Sequence record: MZ065353.1
Reading direction: 5' to 3' (one strand)
Length of the DNA: 64,000 bases
Source: Escherichia virus KFS-EC3
Positions within the stretch are counted from its first letter, which is position 1. Every line of letters begins with the position of its first letter. This document shows positions 20,616 to 39,042 of this stretch, in pieces. The notes below the pieces were generated by a model. It worked only from the letters and a program-made list of their open reading frames with translations, ran no database searches and had not been told where the DNA came from. Made by a program: the position numbers and the translations under genes.

Positions 20616-22181
20616 TTAGATACCTTTAACATATACACGGCGGAAGTAAGCGTTTTTACCAAGGCTATTCAGAATAGAAGGCATACCGCTCTGGATGCGA
20701 GAAGCCGGAGCCTGAGCAGCGGATTCTGCAAATGGGTTGATACCGATACCGTAACGAGTTTTGAATCCCATTACTGGTTGGAAGTTCTTCGGATCGGAAC
20801 CACGCAGCGGAGTCAGAGCTACATATGGAGCATAGTAAATACCAGCATCCATTTCGTTCGGACCTTTATAACCTACAGTGAAATAATCCTGTTTAGCATA
20901 CTGGTCGATATATACACGGTATTTACCACCCAGAACACCAGCAAATACTGACTTGGTAGTATCAGTGTTAAAGCCGGTAGCCAGACCTTGTGCAGCATAA
21001 GAAATGCCAGTATCAACTGAAGCCAGAACGTTAACTACGTTACGGGAAGCGATAATGAAGTTACCTTCACCACGACCGGTCTGACGAGCAATTTCAACTG
21101 CTTCTTTGTCAATCTGGAACAACAGAGCTTTAAAGGATTCACCCGCCCAGCGAGCACCACGAATATCAATCGGATCCTGGAAGTCAAATACACCAGCTTT
21201 AGAACCCGGAGTCAGGGTCATACCAGATTTACCAACCTGAGCTGAGTAGTTAATCCAATCAACAACTTCACGGTTGATTTCCAGCATGATTTCGGTAGCC
21301 AGAATACCAGACAGTTCAGCATCAGCATCCATACCGTGAACAGCGCGGAGGTCTTGTGCTAATTCGATAGAGTAAGCAGCTTTCAGCTGACGAGATTTAG
21401 CTTCGATAACTTGTTTATCGATACGGAAGCCCATTTCATTCCATGGGTTATCGGTAGAACCGTTGAAACTTTCCTGAAGTTCAGCGATAGAAGTAGCCAT
21501 ACCTTCAGCGATTTCTACCAGTGCACCAGCTTCCATTTGTTTCTTAATTTCAGCATCTAATTTAGCTGCATCAGTTGCGCCAGCATCGATTGTTACTACA
21601 GCAGAAGCCTGCAGATACACAGTACCAGTGTCCTGGAAGAAGTGAGTATAGATATCACCCACAACGGTTTGTGTACTAGCAGCCAGAGCTGGGAATTTCT
21701 TAGCAGCACCCTGACCAGAGAACATTGCATCTGGACCATACATTGGGTGGAATGCTTCTTTAGCACCGGCAGCGATTGGGTCTTTACCATATACTGCGCG
21801 CAGTGCAAATACCTGACCAGTCGGGCTGTTCATCGGCTGAACACCACAAATATCGAAAGCAATCAGGTTAGGAATAGCACGACGTACCATACCCATAACA
21901 GCTGGGCCAATCTGAGTTACTGCGCCAGAAGTCTGACCAGCAGCGATGTTAGTAGCATTGTAACCGTGGTCACCGCCGATTTCAGCTTCTGTTAAGAAAG
22001 AACCAAATGCCTGAGCAATTTTTTCGTCTTTGTACTCTGGAGCTGTCTGGAAATCTTTTTCCTGGTTTTCAAAGATTTTAGCGATAATCGCTTGTTTGCT
22101 ATTAGCAATTTCCGGTAAACCTTCACCTTCCAGTAATGGCTTCCATTTGTTCAAAAGTTCAGCTTTAGTTTTGATAGTCAT
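20616..22181 (-). CDS. 23: gp23 major capsid protein
   Basis: 521 aa as in T4 gp23. Confidence 0.95.
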   Translation of the reverse strand: MTIKTKAELLNKWKPLLEGEGLPEIANSKQAIIAKIFENQEKDFQTAPEYKDEKIAQAFGSFLTEAEIGGDHGYNATNIAAGQTSGAVTQIGPAVMGMVRRAIPNLIAFDICGVQPMNSPTGQVFALRAVYGKDPIAAGAKEAFHPMYGPDAMFSGQGAAKKFPALAASTQTVVGDIYTHFFQDTGTVYLQASAVVTIDAGATDAAKLDAEIKKQMEAGALVEIAEGMATSIAELQESFNGSTDNPWNEMGFRIDKQVIEAKSRQLKAAYSIELAQDLRAVHGMDADAELSGILATEIMLEINREVVDWINYSAQVGKSGMTLTPGSKAGVFDFQDPIDIRGARWAGESFKALLFQIDKEAVEIARQTGRGEGNFIIASRNVVNVLASVDTGISYAAQGLATGFNTDTTKSVFAGVLGGKYRVYIDQYAKQDYFTVGYKGPNEMDAGIYYAPYVALTPLRGSDPKNFQPVMGFKTRYGIGINPFAESAAQAPASRIQSGMPSILNSLGKNAYFRRVYVKGI

Positions 22182-22199
22182 TTGTGTTAACCTTTAAAA

Positions 22200-23009
22200 T
22201 TAGAAACGAGATGCGACTTTCGCATATACACTTACAATATCTTCTGCACCAGGTGCAGCTTTATCTTCTACAGCTTCAGTGACGAAATTCAGTCCGGCTG
22301 CTTCAGTATCAGGAGTATTTATACCCTCAGTAATAGTGCTTTCATCTTTATTAGACTTCTTCACCATTTCTACGATGGCACTCAATTTACTTGAGAATGC
22401 ATCTGAATAATCCATACCTTCGACCAGAGCAGAGACTTTTTCTTTTTGAGACTCAGTCAGATCTTTAGTACTTTCGCTCAATGCCACTTCACGCTGCACA
22501 TAATTGATATATGCGTCGCGCATATTGAGTTCTTCGAACAGACGAGCTGATTCTTCTTTATGTTCTTGCAGCTCTTCTTCCATTTCAGCTACAACATCAA
22601 CTGATTCTTCTGGAACAACAACGTTGTGTTCAACAAAGAGCTCTTTTAATCCACCAAGCATGGATTCAAACAGTTCGGCTTTGATGCCTTTATCAACTGC
22701 TAATTTATTTTCAGCGAGCCATTCTTTCGCAAGATGGTCGATGAATTTAGAAGCTTGCTCAGCGATTTTCTTCTCAGCTTTTTCTTCGGCTTCTTCTTTA
22801 TTTTTTTCTACTTCTTCTTCTGCTTTTTCAGCAATTTTAGCGATATGAGATTCAGCTAATTTAACGGCGTGCTGCTTGACGGTAGCTTCGAATACAGTGC
22901 CGAAAGTTTCTTTTGCTTCCGGAGAAATATTAACTGATTCGAAAATACTATCAAGAGCAACGGAAGCATCAATTTTTTGCGCTTCAGCAATCAGTTGTTC
23001 TTTAAGCAT
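22200..23009 (-). CDS. 22: gp22 prohead core scaffold protein
   Basis: 269 aa, acidic coiled-coil-rich. Confidence 0.9.
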   Translation of the reverse strand: MLKEQLIAEAQKIDASVALDSIFESVNISPEAKETFGTVFEATVKQHAVKLAESHIAKIAEKAEEEVEKNKEEAEEKAEKKIAEQASKFIDHLAKEWLAENKLAVDKGIKAELFESMLGGLKELFVEHNVVVPEESVDVVAEMEEELQEHKEESARLFEELNMRDAYINYVQREVALSESTKDLTESQKEKVSALVEGMDYSDAFSSKLSAIVEMVKKSNKDESTITEGINTPDTEAAGLNFVTEAVEDKAAPGAEDIVSVYAKVASRF

Positions 23010-23026
23010 TTTGTAGTCCTGTTGTT

Positions 23027-23034
23027 TAGATAAT
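23027..23034 (-). promoter_or_regulatory. late promoter TATAAATA for gene 22
   Basis: tatttata on the plus strand, about 20 nt upstream of the gene 22 start. Confidence 0.55.
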
Positions 23035-23039
23035 AATAT

Positions 23040-23678
23040 TTATAACGCTTTTTTCATGGCCTCTGCGAGAGCCATATAGGCGTCATCGGCACTTGTATCG
23101 GCTTCCGCCGTCTGTGATTCGGTAATTTCCTTAGGAGTTACCCATGCATCTGGAGCACTTGGACCCCATACTGCATCAACACCTACAGTTAATTTGAATC
23201 CTTCGTTTACGATACGATAACCTTTATTTGTGTCAGTCAATGAACCTAATCCACGAGAAGAAACTCCTGGAATCCATCCGGCACGAATATTAGCTGCTAA
23301 TTTATCTCCAGGACCATGGTCACCTTCAATAACACGAGCTCGTCCGTATACGTCATTTCCTTTCCACCACATATCTTCTATAATGATAGCGGCTTGCATC
23401 GGGTCAACATTAGCGCGTGGAGGATGATTTAATTCTCCGAGAGCTTGTTTAGTTAAAACTTGCTCATTGATATAGTCTTTTACCGCTTTTTCTAATATGC
23501 GTTTTGGATAAAGACGTTTATTTCTATTGACGACTTCCGCTTGCATGAATATTCCTTCGATGTATAAACCGGGTTTTAAACCTAGGTCTTTTCCATCATG
23601 AGATTCAAGCATTGGCACGCCATCAATAATTTCGCCAGGTTGACCCCAAGTTTCAATTAGTAATTGGGGTTCATTCAT
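23040..23678 (-). CDS. 21: gp21 prohead core protease
   Basis: 212 aa as in T4 gp21. Confidence 0.9.
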   Translation of the reverse strand: MNEPQLLIETWGQPGEIIDGVPMLESHDGKDLGLKPGLYIEGIFMQAEVVNRNKRLYPKRILEKAVKDYINEQVLTKQALGELNHPPRANVDPMQAAIIIEDMWWKGNDVYGRARVIEGDHGPGDKLAANIRAGWIPGVSSRGLGSLTDTNKGYRIVNEGFKLTVGVDAVWGPSAPDAWVTPKEITESQTAEADTSADDAYMALAEAMKKAL

Positions 23679-24103
23679 TAGCTTAATCCTAATGCTTTAC
23701 GGCGTTTAAGAGCTTTTTTACGCTTACGCTGAGCACGAGATTGACCTGCTGGATTGGCAATCTTCGTTTTGGTAGCTTTGCGAGCAATTTGTCTACGTTT
23801 TGCTTTAGACAGCCCGGTGGTTTGAAATGCATTACGTTCACGCGTCTTGCGGTCTTTAGTACGTGTAATTTCACCACGAGCAGAAACATGTTTAACGATG
23901 AATTCATTTAGCGGCATATCTTCATTAATAGAAGCTAATGCAATTGCTAAATCAGTTTCATCATCAAGCATATTCTCGACAATTGTATTTATATCGTCTT
24001 TATTTAAAGCAGAAGACAATTCGTCAAAGCGACCCTGTGCTTCAGGAATAAGTGCTTCGACATTCTCGAGAACTAATTCATGAGTTTCAGGGATCAGAAG
24101 CAT
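23678..24103 (-). CDS. 68: gp68 prohead core protein
   Basis: 141 aa; position between 21 and 67. Confidence 0.8.
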   Translation of the reverse strand: MLLIPETHELVLENVEALIPEAQGRFDELSSALNKDDINTIVENMLDDETDLAIALASINEDMPLNEFIVKHVSARGEITRTKDRKTRERNAFQTTGLSKAKRRQIARKATKTKIANPAGQSRAQRKRKKALKRRKALGLS

Positions 24104-24344
24104 TATTCATCATCCTCGTCTTCGTCAGAGTCTTTGTCTTTTTTGTCGTCTTTATCATCGCTATCTTCGTCATCATCCTCGTCTTCGTCATCATCAGGTT
24201 CTTCACCTTCGATTAAGAAATTACGAGCGATAGCGATTTTTTCTTCTTTAATTAAATCAATCGTTCTTGCAGCCATGGCTTCAGCAAATAATTTACGAGC
24301 GGCTACGAGGTCGTTTGATTTAATAGCTTCAATTAAACCTTCCA

Positions 24345-24345
<1 letters not shown>
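24103..24345 (-). CDS. 67: gp67 prohead core protein (acidic C-terminal tail)
   Basis: 80 aa with an Asp/Glu-rich C-terminus. Confidence 0.8.
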
Positions 24346-25997
<1,652 letters not shown>

Positions 25998-26002
25998 TCA
26001 TT

Positions 26003-26494
26003 TTATTCCCAATAATCGAGAGCAAGAGTTACTTCAAAGGTTTGGATTTCATTGTTTGAATCCCAATCTAATTGAAGTTCACCCACGTTAGTAGGCCACA
26101 GGCCTTTAATTTCGACTTCTTTTGTTACAGTTTTAGCATCACGAGCATATTGGCGAACAATAGCGCTCTTTTTATACTCTGCTGGTTTTCCACCAGTAAT
26201 TTCATTCCCCTGCCCAGCAGCAATGCTTTGCCAATCAACAAACTTCTGGCGAGCATCATGTGCCTCATCGTTCATTACTGTAACAGTCCAGTCATCGAAT
26301 GTACGATCGCCTGCTACGTTAATTTTACGGTTCATAAATCCGACTGGAATTTTTTCTACAATACCAGCTGGTAAAGCAGTGGCTTTACATTGAAACGTAA
26401 AATTTTGTCCAAGATAAGAAATTTCTACTTGGAATAAGTTAGGTCGAGCAAAATCACCAGATTCAAACGCTCGTGTTACATCATCTACAAACAT
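26003..26494 (-). CDS. 19: gp19 tail tube protein
   Basis: 163 aa as in T4. Confidence 0.9.
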   Translation of the reverse strand: MFVDDVTRAFESGDFARPNLFQVEISYLGQNFTFQCKATALPAGIVEKIPVGFMNRKINVAGDRTFDDWTVTVMNDEAHDARQKFVDWQSIAAGQGNEITGGKPAEYKKSAIVRQYARDAKTVTKEVEIKGLWPTNVGELQLDWDSNNEIQTFEVTLALDYWE

Positions 26495-26567
26495 ATTAGC
26501 CTCTGTAGTATTTATATCCCTATGTTTAACCTAGGGCATATAGAATTAAAGAATTAAGGATATAGTG

Positions 26568-26575
26568 TATTTATA
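26568..26575 (-). promoter_or_regulatory. late promoter TATAAATA for gene 19 (a second copy lies at 26509-26516)
   Basis: Two tatttata octamers upstream of the gene 19 start. Confidence 0.5.
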
Positions 26576-26610
26576 TGGCCTGCCGAAACAGGCCTTTAGA
26601 ATGCACCGTA

Positions 26611-28590
26611 TTAACCTGCAAGACCAGTTAACTCATCGAAATCTGCACCAGTAGCAGTTGCTACGAAGTTTAAGGTAATGTAGTTAATGCTTCTAGCCGG
26701 TTGAATGTAGAATGTTGCAACAAACTCATTTCTATCAATTACTGACGGAGTGTTATTTGTTGTATCGCAAACTACACGATATTCATAAATTCCACCGAGA
26801 GCTTTAATTCCCTGCAAGTACTGGGAAGTTTCTGTGCGGAACGATGAACGAGTAAACGCGTTGTTTAATTCGAACAAACGATATTTTGAACTACGTCCGA
26901 TATTCGTTTTTAACATATTAAACAGACGACGAACGTTAATACGATCAAATGGAGAAGGAACAGAAGTAGCTGTTTTATCACCATATAATACGTAACCATC
27001 ACCACCTGTACCAGTTACTGGGTTGATAGCTTCTTGGTATAAACGGTCGCGCTGCGCCTGGCGAGTTTCAATAGCAAGTTTAATAACGTTAAGAATCTGG
27101 CCACGATTATAACCAGCCGGAGACATCCAAGTCTGAGAAACGTTATCAGTTCTTGCGCATAAACCAGCAATATCAGCTGCTAATGGAACCCAACGATTCA
27201 CATCATTATATTTGTCATACTGATACTTGTAGTTACCATCGATTGCTGCATAGGTTGAACTGATATTAAAGTTGTTATCAGTGTATGAACCTGCTGCAGT
27301 TCTCCAATTGACTAAGTTATCAACAGCACGAGTTACAGGAATTCCAACTACAGTTTCGCGCGGCGGTGAGCACAATACTAAGCAATCTTGGCGAGCATCA
27401 CCAATTGAAACGACATGTTTTTGGACAGTAGATGCTGTTTCTAAAGATTCGCCGGCGCAAGAACCCGCAATAAACAACTGAACGTCAACAGATTCACGGT
27501 CAGCAAAGAAGTCCCAAGCTTCCATCAAATCTCCTGCTGTTACTTCAGCATTTGACGATAATCCACCAGACAGAGTTAAAATTCCAGAGAAGCCTTCTGG
27601 CCAGTTTTGTGCAGTTGCAAAAATATATTCTGAACCACCTTTTGCGAAAAAGTCATCAATATAGATGTTACTATCGTAAATATCTTTTTCACCACGCTTC
27701 GTTGAAAGAACAACGCTTTGAACAATAGCATCATTGCGACGAACTATAATAGCGTATTGTGAATCAGTTTGTGGTCCGTATCCAAACACTGCTTTGGCAG
27801 TAGATGCGCGTGTGCCGCCGCCTGGATAAATTGGAAGTAATGCAGAAGCACCTTTTGCGTAGTCAGCTTTAGATACGATTTCAATTTCGATTTTATCGCC
27901 CAACTCGCCTGGATAAAGAGCTACTACTCCTGGAATTCCATATTTTTCGAGATTTGCTTGAAAGTCAACAGCTGTCATGGCAGCTTCAGCATTTTCAATT
28001 TCAGCTAATAAAATACCAGAATCAGTAATAATTTTTCCAAGAGTTATTACTGCAGCTAAACCAGAGGAAGACGAAGAAATTTCCGCGGTCCAGTTAGAAC
28101 CTAATGTTGGATATTCACCGACTTCTTTCGCTTTAGCGATAATTTTTGCGGTAGGAATATTAATTTTCTTAATTTTTCCATCAGCATCTACTTCGGTAAC
28201 TTTACATTCTGTTTCAATGTCTTCTGAAACATACTTAACCGTGATTTTATCTCCAACCGCGTAGTTACTACCTGGGGTAGAAATAGTGTATTCAATATTA
28301 CCGGCAATTGGAGATGAGTTTTTAGCGGTATCTCTATCGACAGCACGCACAACTCGCAAATCATTTCCGTATTGTAAGAAATTCATTGCAGACATAAAAT
28401 AGTCAGCAGTTTCAGCTGTAGGTTGACCAAAAGTATTAACTAAATCTACTTCATTTGTAACCTGTTTAATTTGAAAAGCAGGACCCCACTGGAATTTACC
28501 GGCCAAAGCTGCTGTACCAGTAGAGTTATTAACCACGGTGCTTTGAACCGTAGTTTCTTTGAGCTCAATGCCCGGAGATAATAAAGTCAT
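26611..28590 (-). CDS. 18: gp18 tail sheath protein
   Basis: 659 aa as in T4. Confidence 0.95.
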   Translation of the reverse strand: MTLLSPGIELKETTVQSTVVNNSTGTAALAGKFQWGPAFQIKQVTNEVDLVNTFGQPTAETADYFMSAMNFLQYGNDLRVVRAVDRDTAKNSSPIAGNIEYTISTPGSNYAVGDKITVKYVSEDIETECKVTEVDADGKIKKINIPTAKIIAKAKEVGEYPTLGSNWTAEISSSSSGLAAVITLGKIITDSGILLAEIENAEAAMTAVDFQANLEKYGIPGVVALYPGELGDKIEIEIVSKADYAKGASALLPIYPGGGTRASTAKAVFGYGPQTDSQYAIIVRRNDAIVQSVVLSTKRGEKDIYDSNIYIDDFFAKGGSEYIFATAQNWPEGFSGILTLSGGLSSNAEVTAGDLMEAWDFFADRESVDVQLFIAGSCAGESLETASTVQKHVVSIGDARQDCLVLCSPPRETVVGIPVTRAVDNLVNWRTAAGSYTDNNFNISSTYAAIDGNYKYQYDKYNDVNRWVPLAADIAGLCARTDNVSQTWMSPAGYNRGQILNVIKLAIETRQAQRDRLYQEAINPVTGTGGDGYVLYGDKTATSVPSPFDRINVRRLFNMLKTNIGRSSKYRLFELNNAFTRSSFRTETSQYLQGIKALGGIYEYRVVCDTTNNTPSVIDRNEFVATFYIQPARSINYITLNFVATATGADFDELTGLAG

Positions 28591-28618
28591 TTTTAATCCT
28601 CTTTAATATGCTTTAATA

Positions 28619-31759
<3,141 letters not shown>

Positions 31760-31800
31760 GATTTCTCCTAATCTGGGCTTTAATTAGTTTATAATATTTA

Positions 31801-33502
<1,702 letters not shown>

Positions 33503-33515
33503 TTAAAAATCCTTT

Positions 33516-33531
33516 GGGGCCTTGCGGCCCC
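33516..33531 (-). terminator. terminator hairpin after wac (GGGGCC-GCAA-GGCCCC followed by a T-run on the minus strand)
   Basis: GC-rich stem with GNRA loop; the transcript continues aaaggauuuuu. Confidence 0.65.
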
Positions 33532-33534
33532 ATG

Positions 33535-34998
33535 TTATGCTGGTGATAAAAAGGTAGAAAGTAATACCCATTCGCCGTCTTTACGAACGTAAGCTTGACC
33601 ATCTTTTGGAGCTTCAGGAATATAACCTGCTTCTTGTAGAGCTTGAACATCACCTTGCAGAGAAGATATACTACCTTTGGCTGTATTCACTTCTTGTGTA
33701 ACTGATGCAATGTTGGTTTCGTTAGCTTTTATTGAATTGGTTAATCCACGTTCTTCGACAGTTGAACCGTTTGGATTAGTTCCATTTACTAAAGTATTTA
33801 ACGCTACAACTTGCCCTTTAATTCCTGTGCTGTTATTACCAATCTCTACTTGTAGGTTCTGAACATCGTTATTCAAACCTGAAACAGAAGTTTCAATTGT
33901 AGAAACTCGGTTTAAAAGAGACCCAGGAGGAGAAGGTTGTCCACCGCTAGAATCAGTTCCAACAATTTGGTTTAACCACGAAACATTCGCTCTTAAACCA
34001 GATGAAGTGTTTTCACCGACGATTCCATTTAGAGCTTCGATTGAAGTTGTATTATCTTTGATTTGACCTTTAATACTCGAAGGAATATCATCTGAACCAA
34101 TAGAAGTTTCAATAACGGTTAAACGCTGTTTAATACCTCCACTTTGATTTAGCTCTAAATTAATAGATGCAATATTATCAGTGTTTGTATTAACACTCGT
34201 AATAATCGAATTATTTCCTGGATATCCTATTGAGGTCTTAATAGCACTAATGTCAGATTCAACTGCTGTCTGTTTAGTGTCAATTTCATTTAAGCGACTG
34301 TAAACAGTTTGTGAAAACGATGGTGGTTTTGGTCCAAGCTCTTCACGGAGATTACCAACTTCAATAGTCAAAGAACCTACATCAGATTCAATAAATTTTG
34401 TTTCTAATTCGCTTAAACGTATTCCTTGTGAAGTAATGACATCAGTATTATTAATAATGCGATGCTTCATTCCTGTGCTAGGATTTCCTACAACAGGAAG
34501 ACCATTAATATCTTGGCCTGTATATTGTCCAAGTTCACGCTTTATCCACAGTAAATCATTTCTGATCGTTCTGTATACAGAGTTGGCCTCGGAGTTAAAT
34601 GGACCAATATCAGCAAGAATGCTGTCAACCGTACTATTAGTCCCATTTAATATTTCTGTATGTTCACTGGTTAGCGTTTTAAGGTCAGAAATATCCTTTT
34701 TATTGATACTTATTTGGGCCAAAGCTTCAATATCACCAGATACATCTAAGATGCCCTGAATTGTTTTAATATCACTATTCGCGGATTCTAAAGATGTTTT
34801 GAGTATTCCGATGTTTTTATCGAGAACTTCAACATTTCTTAGTACAGAAACTGTAGGTCTATTCATTGAGCCTTCACTTCCATACTGTGTGTCAGCTCCT
34901 AATATTTCTTCGCCGTTTTTAATCCAGGAAATGCGGCTCTGGCCCTTTGCAGGAGGGCCGTCAACGAATGGTAAGTCATTCAGTACAATATCTGTCAT
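33535..34998 (-). CDS. wac: fibritin (whisker antigen control) with C-terminal foldon
   Basis: 487 aa; C-terminus [27 protein letters not shown] is the foldon trimerisation domain. Confidence 0.95.
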   Translation of the reverse strand: MTDIVLNDLPFVDGPPAKGQSRISWIKNGEEILGADTQYGSEGSMNRPTVSVLRNVEVLDKNIGILKTSLESANSDIKTIQGILDVSGDIEALAQISINKKDISDLKTLTSEHTEILNGTNSTVDSILADIGPFNSEANSVYRTIRNDLLWIKRELGQYTGQDINGLPVVGNPSTGMKHRIINNTDVITSQGIRLSELETKFIESDVGSLTIEVGNLREELGPKPPSFSQTVYSRLNEIDTKQTAVESDISAIKTSIGYPGNNSIITSVNTNTDNIASINLELNQSGGIKQRLTVIETSIGSDDIPSSIKGQIKDNTTSIEALNGIVGENTSSGLRANVSWLNQIVGTDSSGGQPSPPGSLLNRVSTIETSVSGLNNDVQNLQVEIGNNSTGIKGQVVALNTLVNGTNPNGSTVEERGLTNSIKANETNIASVTQEVNTAKGSISSLQGDVQALQEAGYIPEAPKDGQAYVRKDGEWVLLSTFLSPA

Positions 34999-36578
34999 TC
35001 TTTTACCTTAATTATGTAGTTTAAAGAAATGTTCCATGGACGTGTTTCATTTCCAATTAATTCGGGACGATTTAATGTATATTTGGAATTTCGTTGTGAT
35101 GCTGGGTCAATTTCATATCCGTCATTGGTGAAGTATGAACGGTTATCCCAGTCAAGTCCTTTACGTGTACCAACAAAATTTGATCTACGGGTATTACCGA
35201 ATGCTCCAGAATCATCATGCTCACCAAATCCGCCAGCGTGTTTATGATAAGACATCTGCTGTTTTTGTACTTCGCCAACATATCCACCGGTACAACCTAC
35301 ACCTAATCTAGGCTTACCAAATTGGTCATTACCATTAACGTTTGGATTTGTTAAGTGAGAGCCACGACCAGAGCCACGAACAAAAAGACCACGCATATCA
35401 GGTAATCCAGGATTTGATGAGCTTCCGCCGTATCTTGTTCCAATTCTAGAAGCATATAACGGACAATCTGATGCTGAAACAGTTCCACCATGACAGAAGC
35501 GCCAAGCATCACTAGGAAGACTATCTGCCGCCCACATCATAATAGCTCCGACAGGAATAGTTCTATCTATTTCATTCTGTGTTACAACACGCTTACCTTG
35601 AATATAACCACCAGTCATGTTAACTGTTCCGGTAATATTTGCTCCACCTGAAGCTATTGTAAGCGTATTATTAATGCGAAGTGTTCCATTAATCGTTTGA
35701 CCACCTCTTTGGTGGATAACATCAGCATTCCAAGCTAGTGCTGATGAAGCATCACCTCCACTCTGTGAGCCGGCGGTTGTAGTTAATTTAACTACGCCTC
35801 TCATTGACGTTGTAGAACCACGACCATTAAGAGTTGCGCCAGTAACTGCAACAGAAGCATTATTCGAGTTAACTTCTGATTGTGTTCCTAATTTAATTAC
35901 GCCTTTATATTCTTCAGTAGCAGTAGAATTCATTAACGTATAAGGAGAAATTGCATAACCTTCTCTTAATGTTCCTTGACGAACTTGAGCTACTGTCGCT
36001 AATTGAACAACACCTTGGTCCGATTCGGTAGCTGTGGTTTCAGAAGGAGCGATTTGCGCAATTAATTTAATAGCTAACTGTTGTGTTTTTAATGGAGTCA
36101 TCGCAGTAGTATCATCTGCGCCAGCTAATGCTTGTGGTAGAGATGAAATTTTAATAACTCCATTTGATGATTCAGTTGAAACTCGTGTTTCAAAGGCATT
36201 ATTAAGGGCAACAGTAAATTTAGCGGGAGTTATAGAAGATTCATTATTAACTCCGGCAATTGCTTCATCATTGGTTGAATATCTTGTTAATCCGTAAACA
36301 GTTTCAGTTGCGTTTGGATAAGATAATCTTGTTGCCAACGTTGCTGGTGTAACTGCTTTGGTATTATCAGTTCCGTCGATAACTTCCTGTTCAGTGGCAA
36401 GAAATAAAATTCCTTTTGTTGTTGATGATGCATCAGGAACTCCATTTACACCAGCAGGAGAAATGGCTGCTATAGCAGCCTGAACATCAGTAATCTCTGC
36501 CGGAAAATTTGTACCAGTTGGATCAAATTTTACATAGCGAGATTCATTAGAAACGTGTTGATATGTATTATTACTCAT
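34995..36578 (-). CDS. 12: gp12 short tail fibre
   Basis: 527 aa as in T4. Confidence 0.9.
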   Translation of the reverse strand: MSNNTYQHVSNESRYVKFDPTGTNFPAEITDVQAAIAAISPAGVNGVPDASSTTKGILFLATEQEVIDGTDNTKAVTPATLATRLSYPNATETVYGLTRYSTNDEAIAGVNNESSITPAKFTVALNNAFETRVSTESSNGVIKISSLPQALAGADDTTAMTPLKTQQLAIKLIAQIAPSETTATESDQGVVQLATVAQVRQGTLREGYAISPYTLMNSTATEEYKGVIKLGTQSEVNSNNASVAVTGATLNGRGSTTSMRGVVKLTTTAGSQSGGDASSALAWNADVIHQRGGQTINGTLRINNTLTIASGGANITGTVNMTGGYIQGKRVVTQNEIDRTIPVGAIMMWAADSLPSDAWRFCHGGTVSASDCPLYASRIGTRYGGSSSNPGLPDMRGLFVRGSGRGSHLTNPNVNGNDQFGKPRLGVGCTGGYVGEVQKQQMSYHKHAGGFGEHDDSGAFGNTRRSNFVGTRKGLDWDNRSYFTNDGYEIDPASQRNSKYTLNRPELIGNETRPWNISLNYIIKVKE

Positions 36579-37234
36579 GCTGTTCTCTCAAAATGATAAA
36601 GTACTATTGGAGTTTGCTGATTATCTAAAGTTACAGTTTGTGCACCAAGCAAATTCCATGTGCCATATCCAGGCTTAGATTCTGAAATAATTTCTTGGGA
36701 AATAGTTATTCCATATGTAGAATATGTGCTTAATACGTGTTTTTGATTATCTAAATAAGTAACTTCTAATTTACTACCATCGGTTGGATGGTCTTTATAT
36801 GAATTGATAGCAGTAAATGACGCAATAGCTTCTTGTAGCGCAACGCGAACTTTGGCAACAAACTCGATAGCTGTCATTCCGGTTGTTGCTGAAACCGGAA
36901 GACCAAATACTAATACAGTAACAGGAGAACCAGGAGGAAGCGAATCATCTGTCACAGTTCCTGAAAATGCCCAATAATCAGTTTGAGAAACACCCTCAGG
37001 AGAAACGCCGGTTTTATTAGTAATAATTGTACCAACGTCTTTTATAGAAAAATTATGAACATCATTAATAGCTGATTCTACGTTTGGTTCATAAAATCCT
37101 TTCGCTAATTGAGAAATTGTCACTGACCCAACTGATTGACGATTCATTACATCGATGTCGCCAGTTTTAGGTCTAAAACCAAGAAAATCGGCTAAGCGGG
37201 AAATAACTCCCGCTTTATTATTAAGTAAACTCAT
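36575..37234 (-). CDS. 11: gp11 baseplate wedge / short tail fibre attachment
   Basis: 219 aa when started at the Met of MSLLNNK (the track ORF is extended upstream to 37252). Confidence 0.85.
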   Translation of the reverse strand: MSLLNNKAGVISRLADFLGFRPKTGDIDVMNRQSVGSVTISQLAKGFYEPNVESAINDVHNFSIKDVGTIITNKTGVSPEGVSQTDYWAFSGTVTDDSLPPGSPVTVLVFGLPVSATTGMTAIEFVAKVRVALQEAIASFTAINSYKDHPTDGSKLEVTYLDNQKHVLSTYSTYGITISQEIISESKPGYGTWNLLGAQTVTLDNQQTPIVLYHFERTA

Positions 37235-39042
37235 TATGCAATCCTTATCCAACGATAAACTGTAATATATGGTTGAATGTTAGTTATTGATGTTGGCGGA
37301 GTGTGAGTAGAGTTAGTAGATGCTTTAGCTTCACGGTATTTCGTGTAAACTGGACCAGATTCATCTGGATCGTATTGACATCCACCAACAATGACTGATC
37401 CATTTTCATCAACTATTAGAACTTCTTCATCTGTCTCAGTTGCAGGAAGATTAGCATTTTCCAATGTAACAGAAGTAGAACCACCTGTTCCGCCTGCAGT
37501 ATGTGAAGGATTTCCACCCGAATCTAAATCGTTGTTATTTAGAGCAAAGTTAGGGTCCGAAATATCTTCATTCCATCCAACTAAAACTTTTCCTTGCCCA
37601 AATAATTTCCATGAGCCGAATCCCATATATGTAACAGGGTTATTTGGATTAACAGCGTTTTCATATATAGTTCCAATAGGATAAATCGTATCAAAGATAT
37701 TTGAAACAGCATTAAATTCACGTTGATAGGATTGAACTGCTTCTACATTTGGCCAACCAATTTTATCGAAGTCTGTTAAATTTACATCACCGGAAATATC
37801 TACTCCTGGTCCTTGCGATACATAGAGATTATCAGTTTCATCAATAATCTCATCTTTTGTTAATAATGTACCTAAATCATTATTAAACCAGGTGATATTA
37901 ATAATGTCGCCATGCTCAAATACTCTATCGAAGTGCAATGTTTCTGGTATGCCGTTTTCATCAGTTTCAACTGAATAGTCAGTATGAGACTGTTCCCAAG
38001 TTCCACCTAAAACAGAGCATTCTACTTCATCGTCTGAATCGGCACCAACACAATGAAATAATGGCATTCCAACTGTTCCAGCCAATTCTTGTAAAATTCC
38101 ATTAAAACGGACCTCGAGAGAATTAGGATTAATAGGTTCACCTGGAATTAATCCAAAAGCTGAAAACGGAATTGATTTCATTGTTGATAAATCAGTAACG
38201 TAAATGCTTCCTTCTAAAGAAGTCTTTGACGTTAATTTTGAATCTAACAATCTAATTTGACGTCTTGTATATGAACTTCTCCACTGTGATACGCCATCCA
38301 TAAATGTTTCAATTTGAACAGTATCGCCAATATTACAAGGCTGTCTTAATCGAATATTAAATCCATCAAGAGGAACTAATTCGCCTTCATTTTCGCCCGG
38401 AGAGCCAAAATCGCTGTTTTCACTAAATACATCGCCGTAATACAATTCGTTACCACGATGTTTTACTCTGATGTTATTTACATTATAACTAGTTCCACGG
38501 AAAACATCTAAAAAGTCTGTCTGTCCTTGGACTTCAACTAAAAATTCTTTACGAGCTACATTACTAATGTCTGAACTGGTAATTTTGTCAATTTGCTTAT
38601 TTTTGACATATTCCCAACGTCCTGGGGCGCAATACACTAATTCCAAATCGCTGAATTGAACATTAATTTCAACTGGTACTGCAGACCCTTTAATCGTATC
38701 GCCGGAAGCAGCTACTAATGTAACTGGGTTGACGTTCCATGTAGCAAATACGTCTCTAGCTCTAATTACCTTGTTGTAATCATTGACAGTTCCTTTTGGA
38801 AGATTTATAGTTACTCTTCCAGAAGAGGTATTAATAGCGTATGATTTTCCCCACTCAGCTTTTAGTGTTTGGCCAGATGAAGCATCATAAGTTTTCCAGG
38901 CACCGGCTGAATATGGAACATCTCCATCACCAAGCTCATAATAAAGCTCATCAAAGTTTTCATTTATTTTTATACCACCTTTACGCAGGTAGTCACCGGT
39001 ACCATCATCAACAACATTACCGATATTAATATTTTGTTTCAT
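37234..39042 (-). CDS. 10: gp10 baseplate wedge subunit and tail pin
   Basis: 602 aa as in T4. Confidence 0.9.
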   Translation of the reverse strand: MKQNINIGNVVDDGTGDYLRKGGIKINENFDELYYELGDGDVPYSAGAWKTYDASSGQTLKAEWGKSYAINTSSGRVTINLPKGTVNDYNKVIRARDVFATWNVNPVTLVAASGDTIKGSAVPVEINVQFSDLELVYCAPGRWEYVKNKQIDKITSSDISNVARKEFLVEVQGQTDFLDVFRGTSYNVNNIRVKHRGNELYYGDVFSENSDFGSPGENEGELVPLDGFNIRLRQPCNIGDTVQIETFMDGVSQWRSSYTRRQIRLLDSKLTSKTSLEGSIYVTDLSTMKSIPFSAFGLIPGEPINPNSLEVRFNGILQELAGTVGMPLFHCVGADSDDEVECSVLGGTWEQSHTDYSVETDENGIPETLHFDRVFEHGDIINITWFNNDLGTLLTKDEIIDETDNLYVSQGPGVDISGDVNLTDFDKIGWPNVEAVQSYQREFNAVSNIFDTIYPIGTIYENAVNPNNPVTYMGFGSWKLFGQGKVLVGWNEDISDPNFALNNNDLDSGGNPSHTAGGTGGSTSVTLENANLPATETDEEVLIVDENGSVIVGGCQYDPDESGPVYTKYREAKASTNSTHTPPTSITNIQPYITVYRWIRIA